Shown here: positions 1 to 13,612 of the stretch, one piece after another
How the letters are laid out: each line of letters begins with the position of its first letter
How positions within the stretch are numbered: position 1 is the stretch's first letter
NCBI RefSeq assembly: GCF_021869535.1
Contig: NW_026262581.1
Span: forward strand, 48,732,001 to 48,796,000
Source: Mytilus californianus
Taxonomy: Eukaryota
DNA length: 64,000 nucleotides
Direction of reading: 5' to 3'
Program-made: the position numbers and the translations under genes
Notes under the pieces: model-generated
The model's input: the letters and a program-made list of their open reading frames with translations, nothing else
Told to the model about the DNA's origin: nothing
The model's database searches: none

Positions 1-415
1 CCATCTGATGAGTTAAGCCTTTTTCAACTGATTTTTATAGTTTGTTCTTATGTTTTACTGTTGCAACACTGCCCAAGGTGAGGGGAGGGTTGTTGCCCTC
101 AAACGAGTTTAATTCCGCCACATTCTGTATGTGCCTGTCCCAAGTCAGGAGCCTGTAATTCAGTGGTTGTTGTTTGTAGCTGTTTAACATTTTTGTTTTT
201 CGTTTATTATTTTGTACATAAATTAGGCCGATAGTTTTTTTGTTTAAATTGTTTTATATTTGTCATTGCGGGGCCTTTTATAGCTGACAATGTGGAATGG
301 GTTTTGCTCATTGTTGAAGGCCTTACCGTAACCTATAGTTGTTAATCTTTGTGTCATTTGGTCTCTTGTGGAGAGTTGTCTCATTGGCAATCATACCACA
401 TCTTCTTTTTTTTAT
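1..415 (+). repeat. Interspersed repeat, 5' end cut by window edge, ending in GAGAGTTGTCTCATTGGCAATCATACCACATCTTCTT
   Basis: The same 3' terminal core recurs at ~5180-5223, 6285-6420(-), 16670-16790, 21320-21415, 30890-31030(-), 31960-32410(-), 33365-33810(-), 40545-40650, 43170-43670, 43970-44430(-), 45590-45710(-) and 47800-48005. Confidence 0.85.
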
Positions 416-1844
416 AACAATGGTACGGAAAGCTTGCACAGGTGTTGCAATTTATTAGACATGACTTAAAAAGGGTGGACTATGTTTTAAAATGTACTAC
501 TATACGTAAATGTTGTTTAGGCATGCAAAACATGAGATATATAACTGCTCGATACAAAGATGACGCTGGTATCGTTAATGTTATCAACAAGTTGTTATTA
601 TGCTTTTGAGAAAAAATATATATGCGGCAAATAATTAGTGTCCAAGTATATAAATATATCAGGAGGTCCGGGTACACAGTTATCGTCCTTTGATTTTCGT
701 TGTATACAAATAAAGTCCCTAGTGTGGACAGTGTATAACTTTCAAATTCTTTTCATACACCTTCCAAATTCATTTCTTTATATTTTTGCATAAAATAGTA
801 AGTAGGAGGTTGAAATTACATGTTTAAAACATTCGGGGCATGAACTTTTAGGTAAAAAGTGGTTAGGTCCGGTTTTAAATCGTCAAAAATTAGTATGTCT
901 GAAGCTAAATTATAGACCCCCTTAACATAAAATCATCCATATTTTGAGTTAGAGCCGATAGAATTTTCTCTAATTTTGTTAGAATTTGTCTCAAAAGTAG
1001 TACACCACACTGTAAAAAATCTTTTTTGGATGAGTAAGTGCGGTTTTTTTTCAATTTGCGTTTCTTGTCTAAAAGAAATGCACAACGAAATAACCGTGTT
1101 CTCGGGCCAGAATCATTCAAAACATTTAATGCCCGGACTTTCAGTTATCAAAAAATGCAAAACATAAATGATGAAAAGCCTTACATTTGTAGAATACGAA
1201 GTTCCAAATTGGTCAAGTGTCTTTGTTACATTTGTGATCGTCTTAAAAACTGGGGAACAGATAATTGAATCTTCATTTTTATTTCGGAAGATTTTGAACA
1301 TCAAATCAAAGTCAGCATTCACCTTATATATATTTGATTCCGTATACCATCTGTTTAAATCTGTAAACTACTGTTGCCATTTTTTAGAGCTATACAAAAT
1401 TAAAAAAAGAAAAGCTTACAGACATTTCTCTTAAATCTAAACAATAGAAACACTGGTTAATGATTTTTGGACCAAATTTTTGAAAATATAAAATTGCCAA
1501 CTTTTACATAGAAATCAATGGGGCTATAATTCAGAGGGTTTATTCTTATGACTGATAAGCTTGACAAATTTAAGTTTTAGAAGTTATACCCATTACAATC
1601 AAAGTTGGTCACATTTGTTGTTAGTAATCATGTTACATCTATTTTTTTCTGAAAAATTATGTTGGTGTAAAATTACAGCCCATAAACTGGTACAATAGGT
1701 ATTCATTATTATCTGGTGATTTAACATGAAGGTATTAAGGCTTTACCTGACGTTTCATTTTTTTCATTATGTTGAAATCAATGGAACATATATATTATGC
1801 CTTGTTTATAGTAAAATGATAGATTTTTGTCAAATTATCATGTA

Positions 1845-1960
1845 AAAAGTAAAATCACAAAAATACTGAACTCCGAGGAAAATTCAAAACGGAAAGTCCC
1901 TAATCAAATGGCAAAATCAAATGATAAAACACATCAAACCAATAAACAACAACTGTCATA
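1845..1960. repeat. Short interspersed repeat (AAAATACTGAACTCCGAGGAAAATTCAAAACGGAAAGTCC family)
   Basis: Diverged copies at ~27565-27740, 28520-28650 and 40765-40920. Confidence 0.6.
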
Positions 1961-2039
1961 TTACTTTTCATATTTTATTGGGTTTCTTATTATTGTATCA
2001 TTTTATAGACTTAATAAATTGGTATATACTCATATGAAT

Positions 2040-3843
2040 TCATAAATCTCACTTGAAATGCAATCTTCAACCAGTTTATCAATTTGTCAACTGGTAATAA
2101 CACGAATTACTTTTGTTGATCAATATAATAACATAAAAATGTATGGATATTTTATCAAAAACATCCTTATCTAACTTGCAGAAAAACAGAGGGGACAAAC
2201 TAAAAATGAATTTAAGTTTCTATTGCGCATATATTACTACCAGTTCGTTTGGTCTGAGCTGAATTCAGCAAAACAGTGTTTGGACAAAGGCTTTTTGTGT
2301 TTTTCTTTGCTAGAAATAGATCATGGAATGAAGTTAAGTAAGCATAAGTCAATATAGCAAGTTAGGTTCTGTTATAGCTATATGACCACTTATTCTGGCC
2401 GGATCAGAAAGAACATACAAGAAAGTAGAACGTATTCAAAACAAAATAGTTTTACTCATACTGTTGCTTTGTCCGTAAGAAAAAAAAATCGGTAATTTAA
2501 ATTGATATCAAATTAAGGCTTAATAACTTGAGATAACTGTAGAACCCTTTTTGAATATTTCTTTCGATTGATAATTTATTTTTTATATGAAACTAAAAAA
2601 ATAAGACTGCATATTTGCTCTGTCGCTCAAATCAGAAGAACTATCAAGCTTCGGTGTACTCTAATATGCAATTAAAGGTATATCGAAGTCTACAGCACAA
2701 GTCAGGATAAGTTATAGTTTTGACATGAAATGATTGTTACTTTATTCATGTATCTATGTAGTTAACTTAAAGAAACAGTGGTTACCTCATGAATAGTAAA
2801 ACAGTGATAGATGTAGAAAAAACAATAACGGTTCAGCACTTCTTCTATTTTTTTCAAGTGGCTGCTATTATAAAGGTCGATGATTAAAATTAATTATTTT
2901 AAAAGTGACCATTACCATAAATGCCTGTATTTACTTGCCTTATGTTAAGTCGAGATTATGTTGGTTGACGTTCCAAAAATGGACGTATTGAATTACAGTC
3001 TAAGTAATATTAAAAGAAATAATATTCATCTAAAGACAAAAAACGCTTTAGGGTTAAGATATTTTCGAGTTTGTTTGTATCGGTGAACCACCAGTTTATG
3101 TATGCAACAAAATACTAATTTCCTTTCAGATTGTACTAAATTTGTGTAGTTGTGGTTTCGGTCGTTTTTCCTCATAACTCCCATCAGCAAAAAAACCCTT
3201 TGTAATATCGCAAAACCCGTTTGATTGATGAGTTTTTTTTTAAAGCGCTTATAGCCTTCGTCGACTGGTTATGCCAATGCTTTAGTATCAATCCTGGTTA
3301 CATGTTCTACAGAGAAATAGAACCAGAATGAATATTGTATGTCGTAGAAAGATAAAAGTTTCGGGCGCAGCAACATTGTAAAGTGTCAAAGTCATTTTTA
3401 TGCTATTAAAGACCGAATCTGTATATTTCCATAACATATAAGAACAATCCTCACATAAGACCTGTTATCATTTAAGTGATGTTCAATTACAATACCCTGT
3501 GTCATACAACATTCAATTTGTAATAAAGCTTTGATATATTTTGATCTCTTTTAAATTGTGTTAATGTGAAATTGAACACTTTTTGTCAAGCTAAATGTAG
3601 TCACAAAAAGTTTTAACATATGTGTGCTTGCACATGAGTTTTTTTCTTAACATTTTCCAGTGAATTTGATCGTAATATTTTCAATACTGAAGCATATCCT
3701 TTGATGTCCACTAAAACTATTAAAGACTTTTTTTCATGTTTTATTGAGATGATTGGTAGCTGTTTAATTGACGTCTATAATATGTCTGTTTGATTTTCGT
3801 TTTTTAAATATATCTAAAATGGATGACAAAAATACAACATATA
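2040..3843. repeat. Segmental duplicate: type-A 3' flank of gene copy 1, paralogous to ~58890-61514 (3' flank of copy 5)
   Basis: Collinear similarity, e.g. GAAAGAACATACAAGAAAGTAGAACGTATT at ~2407 and ~59267, and GCTATTAAAGACCGAATCTGTATATTTCC at ~3402 and ~60992. Confidence 0.9.
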
Positions 3844-4727
3844 TTAAAAACTGCAAATGGTATTCAACATTTGATTAGTCGGCCTTCTTCTACACATCAT
3901 GTAACAATTTACAGTTGCACAGTATTTGTTGGTTGGACAATCTCCATCAGCAAGACAGTCTTTTTTACAACCAACTTTTCCACTTACTACTGACTGGGAA
4001 ACGACCCCTGAACCACAAGTACGTACTGATCCACTACGTCTTAACAAAACTTTGTCTAATACATAGAGTCCACTTCTTCTAAGGTTGGTTGCGTCAAGAA
4101 TATAAGAACATGCATGACTATACATTCCATGGCTTCTACCTATAGTTTCCGAATGAGATTTGCTAGATAGGTCGACATTTCTAGCCAGACCAGACGAAAC
4201 AATTATCCTGCCAGAGGATAACTGACCATCAATACTTGAAACTCTGGTCAAACCAGATGATAAACTTCTAATTATTTCCCTTCTTGTAGAGTACGACAAT
4301 CCAGATGCACCAATTATACTTCAAGAAGAAATTTCGACGCAGTAGCTGCTACATCCGATGTGAATACATTTATGTCCTGAACGACATAATTTATCTCCTC
4401 CACACCCATAATGACAGTCAGATAAAGAACGTGAAATACCAGCTGATGAGTCTCTAATGATTTCAGATACCAATGTCCTGCCTCCAACAAAACACCCTGA
4501 CAATCTCGTACTGCCGGATGACCCATGTGTTATAAATTCATTGCCTATTTCATCCGATGTTCCAAATGCTCTTGATCCTGCTCGTCTATTTGCATCAATA
4601 ACATCTAGTACAGAAAGGGATCCGACACCACGACGCCCGTTTATATCTCTCCCAACTGTGTTTTCAACCTGTTGAATATTCTTTACTCTATGTATGTCTT
4701 TTGGATGCTTTTCCGTTGGTGAGTAGG
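3844..4727 (-). pseudogene. Pseudogene (copy 1) of the secreted Ser/Gly/Arg-rich, two six-Cys-module protein; only the large exon remains
   Basis: Acceptor TTACAG at 4728. A GGA>TGA nonsense change at 4321-4323 splits ORFs 4321..4503 and 3844..4299, which share a frame. There is an 18-nt deletion before Cys module 1, and a 3' deletion removes the GYTR* end and the AATAAA. No signal-peptide exon is found between 4728 and copy 2. Confidence 0.9.
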
Positions 4728-4944
4728 CTGTAAGATTAAATATCGAACCATTTTACAATTTTCACAAATCAAGCAATACAAAATACAATACAGGTGAACC
4801 ACTATCTGCATATAATTATCAGGATTTGTAGTTATTGCCAATTAGACAACGATTCACCTTACAATAAAGGATTGCGTAAACCATTGCAGGGACCTTACGG
4901 TTTCAGTCCAAACCAAAGGACATACGGCATAGTAAGCTATAAAT

Positions 4945-5223
4945 GCACCTGTCCTAATGAAGGAACCTGGTGTTTAGTGGTTGTCGTTTGTTGGTGCGGT
5001 TCATAAGTGTTTCTCTTTTTTTATATAGATAAGACCGTTGGTTTTTCTGTTTGAATGGTTTTACATTAGTTATTTTTGGGGCCCTTTATAGCTTGCTGTT
5101 CGATGTGAGCGAAGGCTTCGTGTTGAGGGCCGTACTTTGACCTATAATGGTTTACTTTTACAAATTGTGACTTGGATGGAGAGTTATCTCGTTGGCACTC
5201 GCGCCACATCTTCTTATATCTAT
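4945..5223 (+). repeat. Interspersed repeat (3' part of the high-copy family) where the intron of copy 1 breaks off
   Basis: Matches 43375-43660 and 47800-48005. Confidence 0.85.
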
Positions 5224-5477
5224 TGGTTGTTTTGTTTATATCTATTTCATTGTTTGACTCGTCTTTGATACTTTTTGAAGTAGTTTTACTTGTCATCTAT
5301 CGTATTTTTACGTTTGATTTGCCATGGATTTCAACTATTTTTCAAAAAAGTCATTTTTGGCACAATTGCAGTGCAGACCGTGGTTACATTATGAAAGTTT
5401 AACAGTGATCAATGTAGACAGCAAAAACGGTTAAAAACATCAATTTGTTATTTTGTAAGTGAGTGCTAAGCGAAAGA

Positions 5478-5700
5478 GGGACGAAAGATACCAGAGACAG
5501 TCAAACTCATAGATCGAAAACAAACTGACAACGCCATGGCCAAAAATAAAAAGGCAACCAGACAAATAATAGTACAGATGACACAACATAGAAAACTAAA
5601 GACTAAGCAACACGAACCCCACCAAAAACTGGGGGTGATCTCAGGTGCTCCGGAAGGGTAAGCAGATCCTGCTCCACATGTGGCACCCGTCGTGTGTCAT
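5478..5700. repeat. Interspersed repeat inserted in the 3' flank of copy 2 (…CACATGTGGCACCCGTCGTG family)
   Basis: Absent from the paralogous flank at ~31660-31700 (inverted) and ~44890. Diverged copies at ~26215-26440, 39170-39390 and 52700-52880. Confidence 0.75.
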
Positions 5701-6976
5701 GTTTCAAATTTATTTTTTAAAAGTGACCATTACCATTATTTCCGCCTTTTACAACTAACAAAGAGTGGGCAATGTGTTGGCTTTCAGATAATTCACGAAC
5801 TGAAAGTACATTCTACGTCATTTCAAGGAGAATATTATTCACCTAAGGACAACGATGAAAGAATGAGTGTTAAGACCTTTTCGAGTTTGTTGGTATTGAT
5901 TGGCCACGAATTTTAGTATGCAAAATACAAATTTCATTTCCGCTTGTTTAAAATATCTATTGTTGTTCTCCGTCATTACCCCAATTGTACAAAATTTCTG
6001 TTTTTTTTTATATCCATAACACCGTTTGATGATTGAATCTAATTTCATGTTCTACAGCAAAACAGAACCCGAAAAGTCTCCTTTACCATATATATATATA
6101 AGCACAGATAAACTGTGAAGTGTTATTTTTATTGTCATGCTATAAAAGACTAGCTGTATGTTTGCTTACAAATGTAATAATGAATACTCCATAAAAAAAG
6201 TTTTCGGGTGAGGTAAGGTATGTAGTTATCAAATATGGAACCTCGAAGAGAGCTTCTGGAACCCTTTTACCTGTCTAGCAAATATAAAAATAAGATGTGG
6301 CACGATTGCCAATGAGACAACTCTCCATCAGAGACGTTATGATGTAGAAGTTGACAACTATAGGTCACCGAAAGACCTTCAATAATGGTCAAAACCAATA
6401 CCGCATAGTAAGCTATAAATACTTCATATATCTTTAAATAGTAAGGACCGACCATAAAAGTGTACATACATCAATTTACAAATAAACATAATATTTCCTG
6501 AGGTAAACTATTTTTGCAATTAAAATGTATCCTTAAACTTCTTTCTATGACATTATTCTGGTTTCATGTATACCTATTTTTATAAACAAAGATTATTTGG
6601 CTAATGTCTTTGGCTGATTCTGAGTTTTTAATGGGAATCTTTAGTTGCCCGATTTGCCTAGCTTTCATCACGTTTCCAGAATAAAAACTTTTAGTAGCTA
6701 ATTCAGAATGCAAATCAATGTACAACTTGTCAAGGTATTGTGTTTTCTTGGGCGTAAGTGTTTATATCGGCTTTGTTTTACATTTTTCTTACAGTTTATG
6801 TTATGATTTTTTTATCACCAAACTTTTTTTCAATTGCTGTATTATTTTTATTATCTGTATTTATATCTTTGCGTTGTTTTAAATTTTCTGAGTAGGATTG
6901 CTTTGACGCCTAAATCATCAATATTTTGTATTGTAGAACGGAAAAGTTATACAATTACATAAATTGAATGCAACAT

Positions 6977-6982
6977 TTTATT
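6977..6982 (-). promoter_or_regulatory. Putative polyadenylation signal AATAAA of copy 2
   Basis: About 50 nt downstream of the stop. An AATAAA lies at a comparable position in copies 3 (35225-35230), 4 (46313-46318) and 5 (61455-61460), and is deleted in the pseudogene. Confidence 0.5.
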
Positions 6983-7034
6983 TTATAAAAAAAATAAAAT
7001 AGTGTTGAAAGTCTGGATTTCGGTGATATACTGT

Positions 7035-8246
7035 TCATCGTGTGTATCCTTGAGATGGCCTTCTTCGACAAATCATGTGACAATTAACAGTTGCACAGTA
7101 TTTGTTGGTTGGACAATCTCCATCAGCAAAACACTCTTTTTTGCAACCAATTGCTCCAGTTACTACTGACTGAGAAACGACCCCTGAACCAGAAGTACGT
7201 ACTGATCCACCACGTCTTAAAGAAACTGTGTCTAATACATCATGTCCACTTCGTCTAAGGTTGGTTGCGTCAAGAATATCAGAACCGGCATGACCAGACA
7301 TTCCACGACTTCTACCTATTGTTTCCAAATGAGCATTGCTAGATAGTTCCAAATCCCTAGCCAGACCAGATGAACCAATTCTCCTGCCAGAGGATAAATG
7401 ACCATCATTACTTGAAACTCTGGTCAAACCAGATGATAAACTTCTAATTATTTCCCTCTTTATAGAGTCAGACAATCCAGATGCACCAATTATACTTCCA
7501 GAAGAAATTTCGACGCAGTAGCTGCTACATCCATTGTGAATACATTTATGTCCTGAACGACACAATTTATCTCCTCCACACCCATAATGACAGTTTCTGA
7601 TACTGTCATCGTCAGATAAAGCACGTGACATACCAGCGGAGGAGCCTCTAATGATTTCAGTTACAGATGTCCTGCTTCCAACAGAACCCCCAGACAATCT
7701 TCTACTGTCGGATAACCCACGTGTTATAAATTCGTTTCCTATTCCACGAGATGTTCCAACTGCTCCTGATCCTGCTCGTCTATTTGCATCAATAACATCT
7801 AGTACTGAAAGAGATCCGCTACCACGACGCCCGTTTATAGCTCTTCCAGATGTGTTTTCGACATGTAAAATCTTCTTCACTCCATGAATGTCTAATGCAT
7901 GCTTTTCTGTTGGTGAGTAGGCTGTAAGATTAAACATAGAATAATTTTAACAATCTTTGCAGTACAAGTAATACAAAATACAATACAGGTGAACTACTAT
8001 CTTTATATCATTTTACTTTTACATTGTAATTCACAAAAAATATGTAAATGTTGGTAATAATATTTCTTATGTACTTTAGTTATATATATTTTTTTTAAAT
8101 TTTCTGCAGTAAGGTATTTATCTCAACATTGAAAATACTTTCGTTAAAACAGCCTATAAGTCTCGAAAAAAAAGTAACATTTTCTTACCGGCTACTATCA
8201 TTGTGGTCACTGCCATCGATAAGAAAATGGTCTGGAATCTCATCAT
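7035..8246 (-). CDS. Copy 2: secreted Ser/Gly/Arg-rich protein with two six-Cys WAP-like modules, 314 aa; join(8246..8189, 7921..7035)
   Basis: The 58-nt exon encodes signal-peptide-like MMRFQTIFLSMAVTTMIVA and ends G|GTAAG. The phase-1 acceptor TTACAG|CC gives A-YSPTEKH in frame with ORF 7035..7937. Intron 267 nt; same layout in all intact copies. Confidence 0.9.
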
Positions 8247-11200
8247 CTCTAAGAATTCTGAAATCAACAGGATAAACGTTGTTTTTCAGAAAATCATAAT
8301 TGACACATTAAATACGAAACAGTTAACACAATCTTTATATTCATATTTACATGTTTTACTATACACCTGCTAGAAACAATCTGCAGCGATATTTATACAT
8401 GTTGTGGGTATACAAAAATGACAGAATATCTTTATTCGAAGCCGAATTGTAGGATTTATTGTGCTTGCTTTCGAGCTACAAATTGTTCAAAATTGAAATA
8501 TTGTGTAAGGTTCACTAGTAGCAATATTTGAGTCTGAAACGGTCATTTTGGTCTGATCAAGTCTTAATCGACTGGATTTACTGCTAGAGAAAAACGTCAA
8601 GACTTTTTCAGACTTTCAGACGCTGTCACGATATACCGTGTTAAGTCCGTTCAGTCATGTCAAGATAAACAAGACAGATTGTTCTTGCATCCGATTAAGA
8701 CTTGATCAGACCATGTTCAGATCAAATCAGACTCAAGGTAAAAATGCTGTTTAGACTTTGTAAGATCGTGTTCAGTCGTGTTAAGATTTTAAATATTCGG
8801 ATGCAAAACGGGCGACACTTTCTCTGTGTTTATTAGGGGTTGTTTCCCTTTCATGAATAAAATCGGAAAAGAATGGAGGGTATTCTTTTGTGGTCTTTTA
8901 ATGTTATGTTGTATGTCTATTAATTAAATAACGTTTGCAAAGTTGCAATTCATTTTTTTCCGATGTTATTTCACGTAAACATTTAATTGGTTATATAAGA
9001 AAAGAATAATTGGTGTAACCGGAAAAGTGTGCAAGTCATAAAAACTTTGCAGTCGTGCTTTCTTGCATTAAGTAATTTAGTATTTATTCGTTCCGTCTGT
9101 AAAGATATAATGATTAGCAATAAATATCAAAAATGTTCTTAAACACATTTTCGTCTGTGATTTAAAATAATTGTTCTTACCCATATAAAATTAGTTAAGG
9201 AAAATATATTCTGAGTATCTTATTTACTTTATATTTTTCTAATTTTTGACAGATGACAGATGTTTGGTGAAAGTTATTTACATTTTAATATACGGATTAT
9301 CTGAGCATTCAACCGAAACGGACTGTCAAACACTATCTTAATAATTATAAATACCCGTGCAACGCTGTGACTGTTTTATCCATGGAAGTTATGTGAAATA
9401 TGTTGCCATGTTTTATCATATATAAGGATACACCGGATAAAATTATTACATTTACAAATTATACAACATTATTTCAAAATAAATGCAACAAGAATGCAAG
9501 CATATTTCAAAAATCTAGGTAACAGTTTATATTTAGTATAGGTACCTATAAAACCCGATTTTGATACTTCTCTGACCTATTTAAGCATCAATTCTTTTTT
9601 AGCAAGAACTAAAAAAAAAAGAATAAACTATATTATAGAAAAATATAACATAGAATAAGTTATGAAACAATTATTAAAAACAAAATGTACATAATTATAC
9701 ATCTAGTTTACGGTTTATATTTCTGTTTCGTAGCAGATTTGTTTTATATAGCACCCGTGTTACTTCTCATTTCAAAAACAAAATGTCAAAGTGGATTGGT
9801 GCCTAAATGGCTTCATGGTGCTTCAAAAAACATGTCCTTCTAATGATTAACATTTAATAAATCTTCATTTATCAAGGCTAATGAACAATTTCCCAAACTG
9901 TAAAAAGAAAATATGTAATAAAAAGTAATTATTTCAAGATTTGTCTCTTATATAATCAATCAATTGTCAACAAATTATATGTGACTTTTTGTCCTATCAA
10001 ATTTGTAACTTTCTGTCCTGTGACTTTCTTTCCGCTGTCCGTTAAAAAGGACCTCCCGCACTCAGGGAGAGAAAACTGCCGAGACTACCAATGCTAATTG
10101 TTAGATAGAATAATAAGTACATCAGTCATTCTCAATTTTATATTTATATAATCAAAATATGCATGCTGGTGCTTAAAAAAATCTGTTTCAAATGTTGAAT
10201 TAAAGGAATGCTCTGATTTCAAAACTTAAATCTTTCTCTGTTGCTTTCGATTGATATGATTTGCATATCATGTAATATTGTTCGCTGAACATTCAACTAT
10301 CTTAGCCAAGCATGTGCACTTCGTAATGCAATCTATAGAAAAAAAAATAAACCAGTTTTAAATTATGTACATTGTGCGAGTGTCGTGTTCGACTTATAAT
10401 CCTTTAATCTATAAAATAGTCATCAGTTACTATTAATACAATTATACTGTTGCATTTTTGACACTTTACTCAGAAAGATGTGAATATATTTTAATTTTCT
10501 TTCAACAAAATTTCCTACTTCAATTTGCTACTCGTCTACAAAAAAAAACACATTTATTATTTCATTTTTGCCATCGAACTTCCTGATAGATATGTTTTTT
10601 TTTTTTATCTATCTATCAGGTAAATATCAAAAATGAATCCAAAGTTTTTCAAGTACATTGACGGTTGTGAATTAAGGATTAGTTACTTTATGGAAAACTC
10701 ATTTACCTGAATGGTAATATTATCGTTAGTCTTTCTTTTAATAATTTGATAATTTTTCCTCTTTTGCAAATTATAGATAAAGAATAAAATGAAAATTTGT
10801 TTTCGATTGCATTCAAGCAGAGAGAAACATATTTTTTTTTGTTTTATTTCAAATAATTACGGAAGATTTTTAGTACGGATATAAAACAATTCTTAATCTT
10901 TTCCAATTTGCAAATATAATTCGGTGGGTTTTTTTTTTGCACATGGTTGGTGAAAATTGTATGATCTAACTTCTTTCAGAGGTCTGTTAAACCTTGAAAA
11001 TATGACAATTCCGTGAATCACACGTTGCTACATAGAATTCTTGCAAAATTCAGAAACTTGCAGTACGGTTATATTTTATATTTTCTCCGTTGAAAAAGAA
11101 AGTGTTAAAATAAGAAGGTGTTAACATGAAAGGGGAGGGTTGTTACACGACATGTTCTTCGCAATTTAATGTTGAACGAATAGAAGCTTTCTTACTTTTT

Positions 11201-13089
11201 TCAAATATCGAATACACAATCAAATCTCTAACTTATCAATTTTTGCAGTAATTGTTTTATTGACAGGTTTCTGGAGACATTTGATTGGACATCAGATTAA
11301 TGTAGGCGTGGGAATGTATCACTTTTATCCAATCAGCTGTCTTATAAAACAAACCTGTATGCGATGATGCTTGAACATTGTCGGCATAGTTTTTTTATAA
11401 AGAATTCTACATTAAAAGGATAAAAAAAAAGGATATTGTTGCCACTGTGGTCTTGTCATATAAAAATAGACAACGCTTATACCTATATATATATATATAT
11501 CTTCCACTGAGTATATTCATGGCTTGAGGGAAAGAAAGCAATAAATTAACTCGATAACCCTTTCAGTTTGTCATAAACTGATTGAAAAGTTGAGTTTTAC
11601 ATAAGAGCTAAATTCATCAAAGGCCAACTTAGTCTGAGGGAGCTGAAACCTTCATTTCTTAATATTTTTTTCTAAATTTATATACTGACAATTTACGAAA
11701 TGTTTGTTATATATTTTTGTTTGTAACATAAGTATCAAAATATATCAGCTATGAAGATTTGTATACCCTTAAATAAACTCATATTTTCCTCGGGCAATAT
11801 CCGCGGTAATAACAATTAATACATTAGTACAATAAAAACCATTATCAGGAAATCGGTATGAAAAGTGTTTGCAATTATTGAAATCAAGTAAAAAGAAGTG
11901 TATATATATATGTATCAGTCGGAGGTGCAATGGGGACCCTGAAGTCTGATTGTCACGCTGAAGTTAGATGGTCTGCGCCGAAGTGCAGTGGGCCGTCCGA
12001 TGGTGTGCGATGGTCTGTATGACCTGAGACTACTATAACACATATAGCAGTCTCAGATATGACGCGTGAAAGCTAGATTTAAATCTACAGATGTGCAGTA
12101 TATTTGTTTCAAATTCAGAACATACATTTGCATTCACTAGTGTTATTGTCTATGTATCTATTAGTTACAGTTGCGTACTAAATGAGAGATCGTCCTCTTT
12201 GATTTTCTGGATGTGGAAATAATTCTGCGTTAACATTTTTCTTTAACTTGTTCCTCTCATTGAGATCCTCGTTTACCGTTATATTATAATAAGAAGAGTC
12301 TGTGGACCCGTATGTGTTTAGGGAATGCATTTATTTCACGGTTCAAAGTCCTACATGCGTATATAGAATTTTACTCAGAACTCTGAAAGTTGATACCAGC
12401 ACATGTTATGCTTAAACCTCGTAATTCTAGATGTCAGATAACTTACTTGTGTTTGTGTTGGATTGCTGTCTGATTGACGCATACCCGCCATTTTAGTTTT
12501 TCATTTTTTGTTTAGGGGTGCATCCAGTTGCACCTTTTCATTCAAAATATATTAACGTGACGTTACCTTTAAAGATTCGTTACTTCAATATTTTAATTTT
12601 TTTAGGGAAACATCTTTTCGCATGTCGCACTTTGGGTATTTGTTAACCTTGTTCTCTTTGGCAAATATGGCCTTGAATTTCAATTTTGATATAAATATAA
12701 AAAAGCCACAAATTGATTACTAAATGGATATTTTTTAAAACCCCAAAAGCTAGGTAATACCATTCTTTTGATATAGGTTCCAAAATCAGCACGTTTTAAA
12801 GATTTTTTGAAAATACGATGGTTTTGTGCATTGTTCTAACCTAAAACATGAACAAATATAACTAAATAAACTAAAAATAAAATAAACAAATGTATTCTTG
12901 TCAGATCAAAATACCTTTAACATGCCAGTGCATTGATACAGATTATATTCTACTGAATTTTCTATATCGATAATATAACATTCGTTAGTATTACGTAATA
13001 AATATATAAATCCTGTGTCAGGTGAGAAGTGACAACGGGTGGTATGTATACTAAAATGTTTATCGTCTTCCCTTATACACGAGGGTGTG

Positions 13090-13612
13090 GATGGGGGTTT
13101 ACAGAATAGAGAATAGTTGACAAAAATATAAAGAATAGAGAAAATGACCAAACAAATAAAAAATGGAGAATGAAGAGGTACTAAAATATAAAAAATAAAG
13201 AATAATGGGCAAAAGTATACAGAATAGAGAAAAATGGCATAAAAATAATAAAAAACAGAAATAATGAATCCCTCTACAGACCCTCATAGTCTGACATTAA
13301 GCTTTAGGGCAATTATGGGCATACGATACAGTTTTGATCTCACGATGATTTTTTTTTACGAAAGTTTGCATTTAAGCTATTTCTAACCAAATCAATTTGA
13401 ATATGAAATAAAAAGTATATCATCATGTAAATAATAGAATACAGAAATAATAAACCCCTCTCCAGACCCTCATAATCTGCCGATGACATTAAGATTTAGG
13501 ACAATTATGGGCATACGATACAGTTTTGATCCCACGGTGATTTTTTTTAGGAAAGTTTGCATTCAAGCGATTTCTTACCCAATCAATTTGAATATGAAAT
13601 AAAAGCATATCT
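13090..13612. repeat. Short A-rich minisatellite followed by a ~180-bp imperfect tandem dimer
   Basis: AGAATAGAGAA units at 13100-13260. GGGCATACGATACAGTTTTGAT occurs at ~13317 and ~13510. Confidence 0.75.

Noticed and set aside
4-40. CTGATGAG at the window start as a hammerhead core
   Set aside because: No stem II or GAAA follows; it is a variant of the repeat sequence seen at ~43245.
4321-4323. In-frame TGA in copy 1 as selenocysteine or read-through
   Set aside because: The position is Gly (GGA) in all paralogues, and the copy has other disabling lesions.
12024-12076. 13-bp-stem hairpin followed by CTAG as a Helitron 3' end
   Set aside because: CTAG is followed by A rather than T, no 5' end or second copy is visible, and the evidence is too thin.
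13090-13612. Short repeats as a CRISPR-like array
   Set aside because: Eukaryotic context, irregular degenerate units, no unique spacers and no cas genes.
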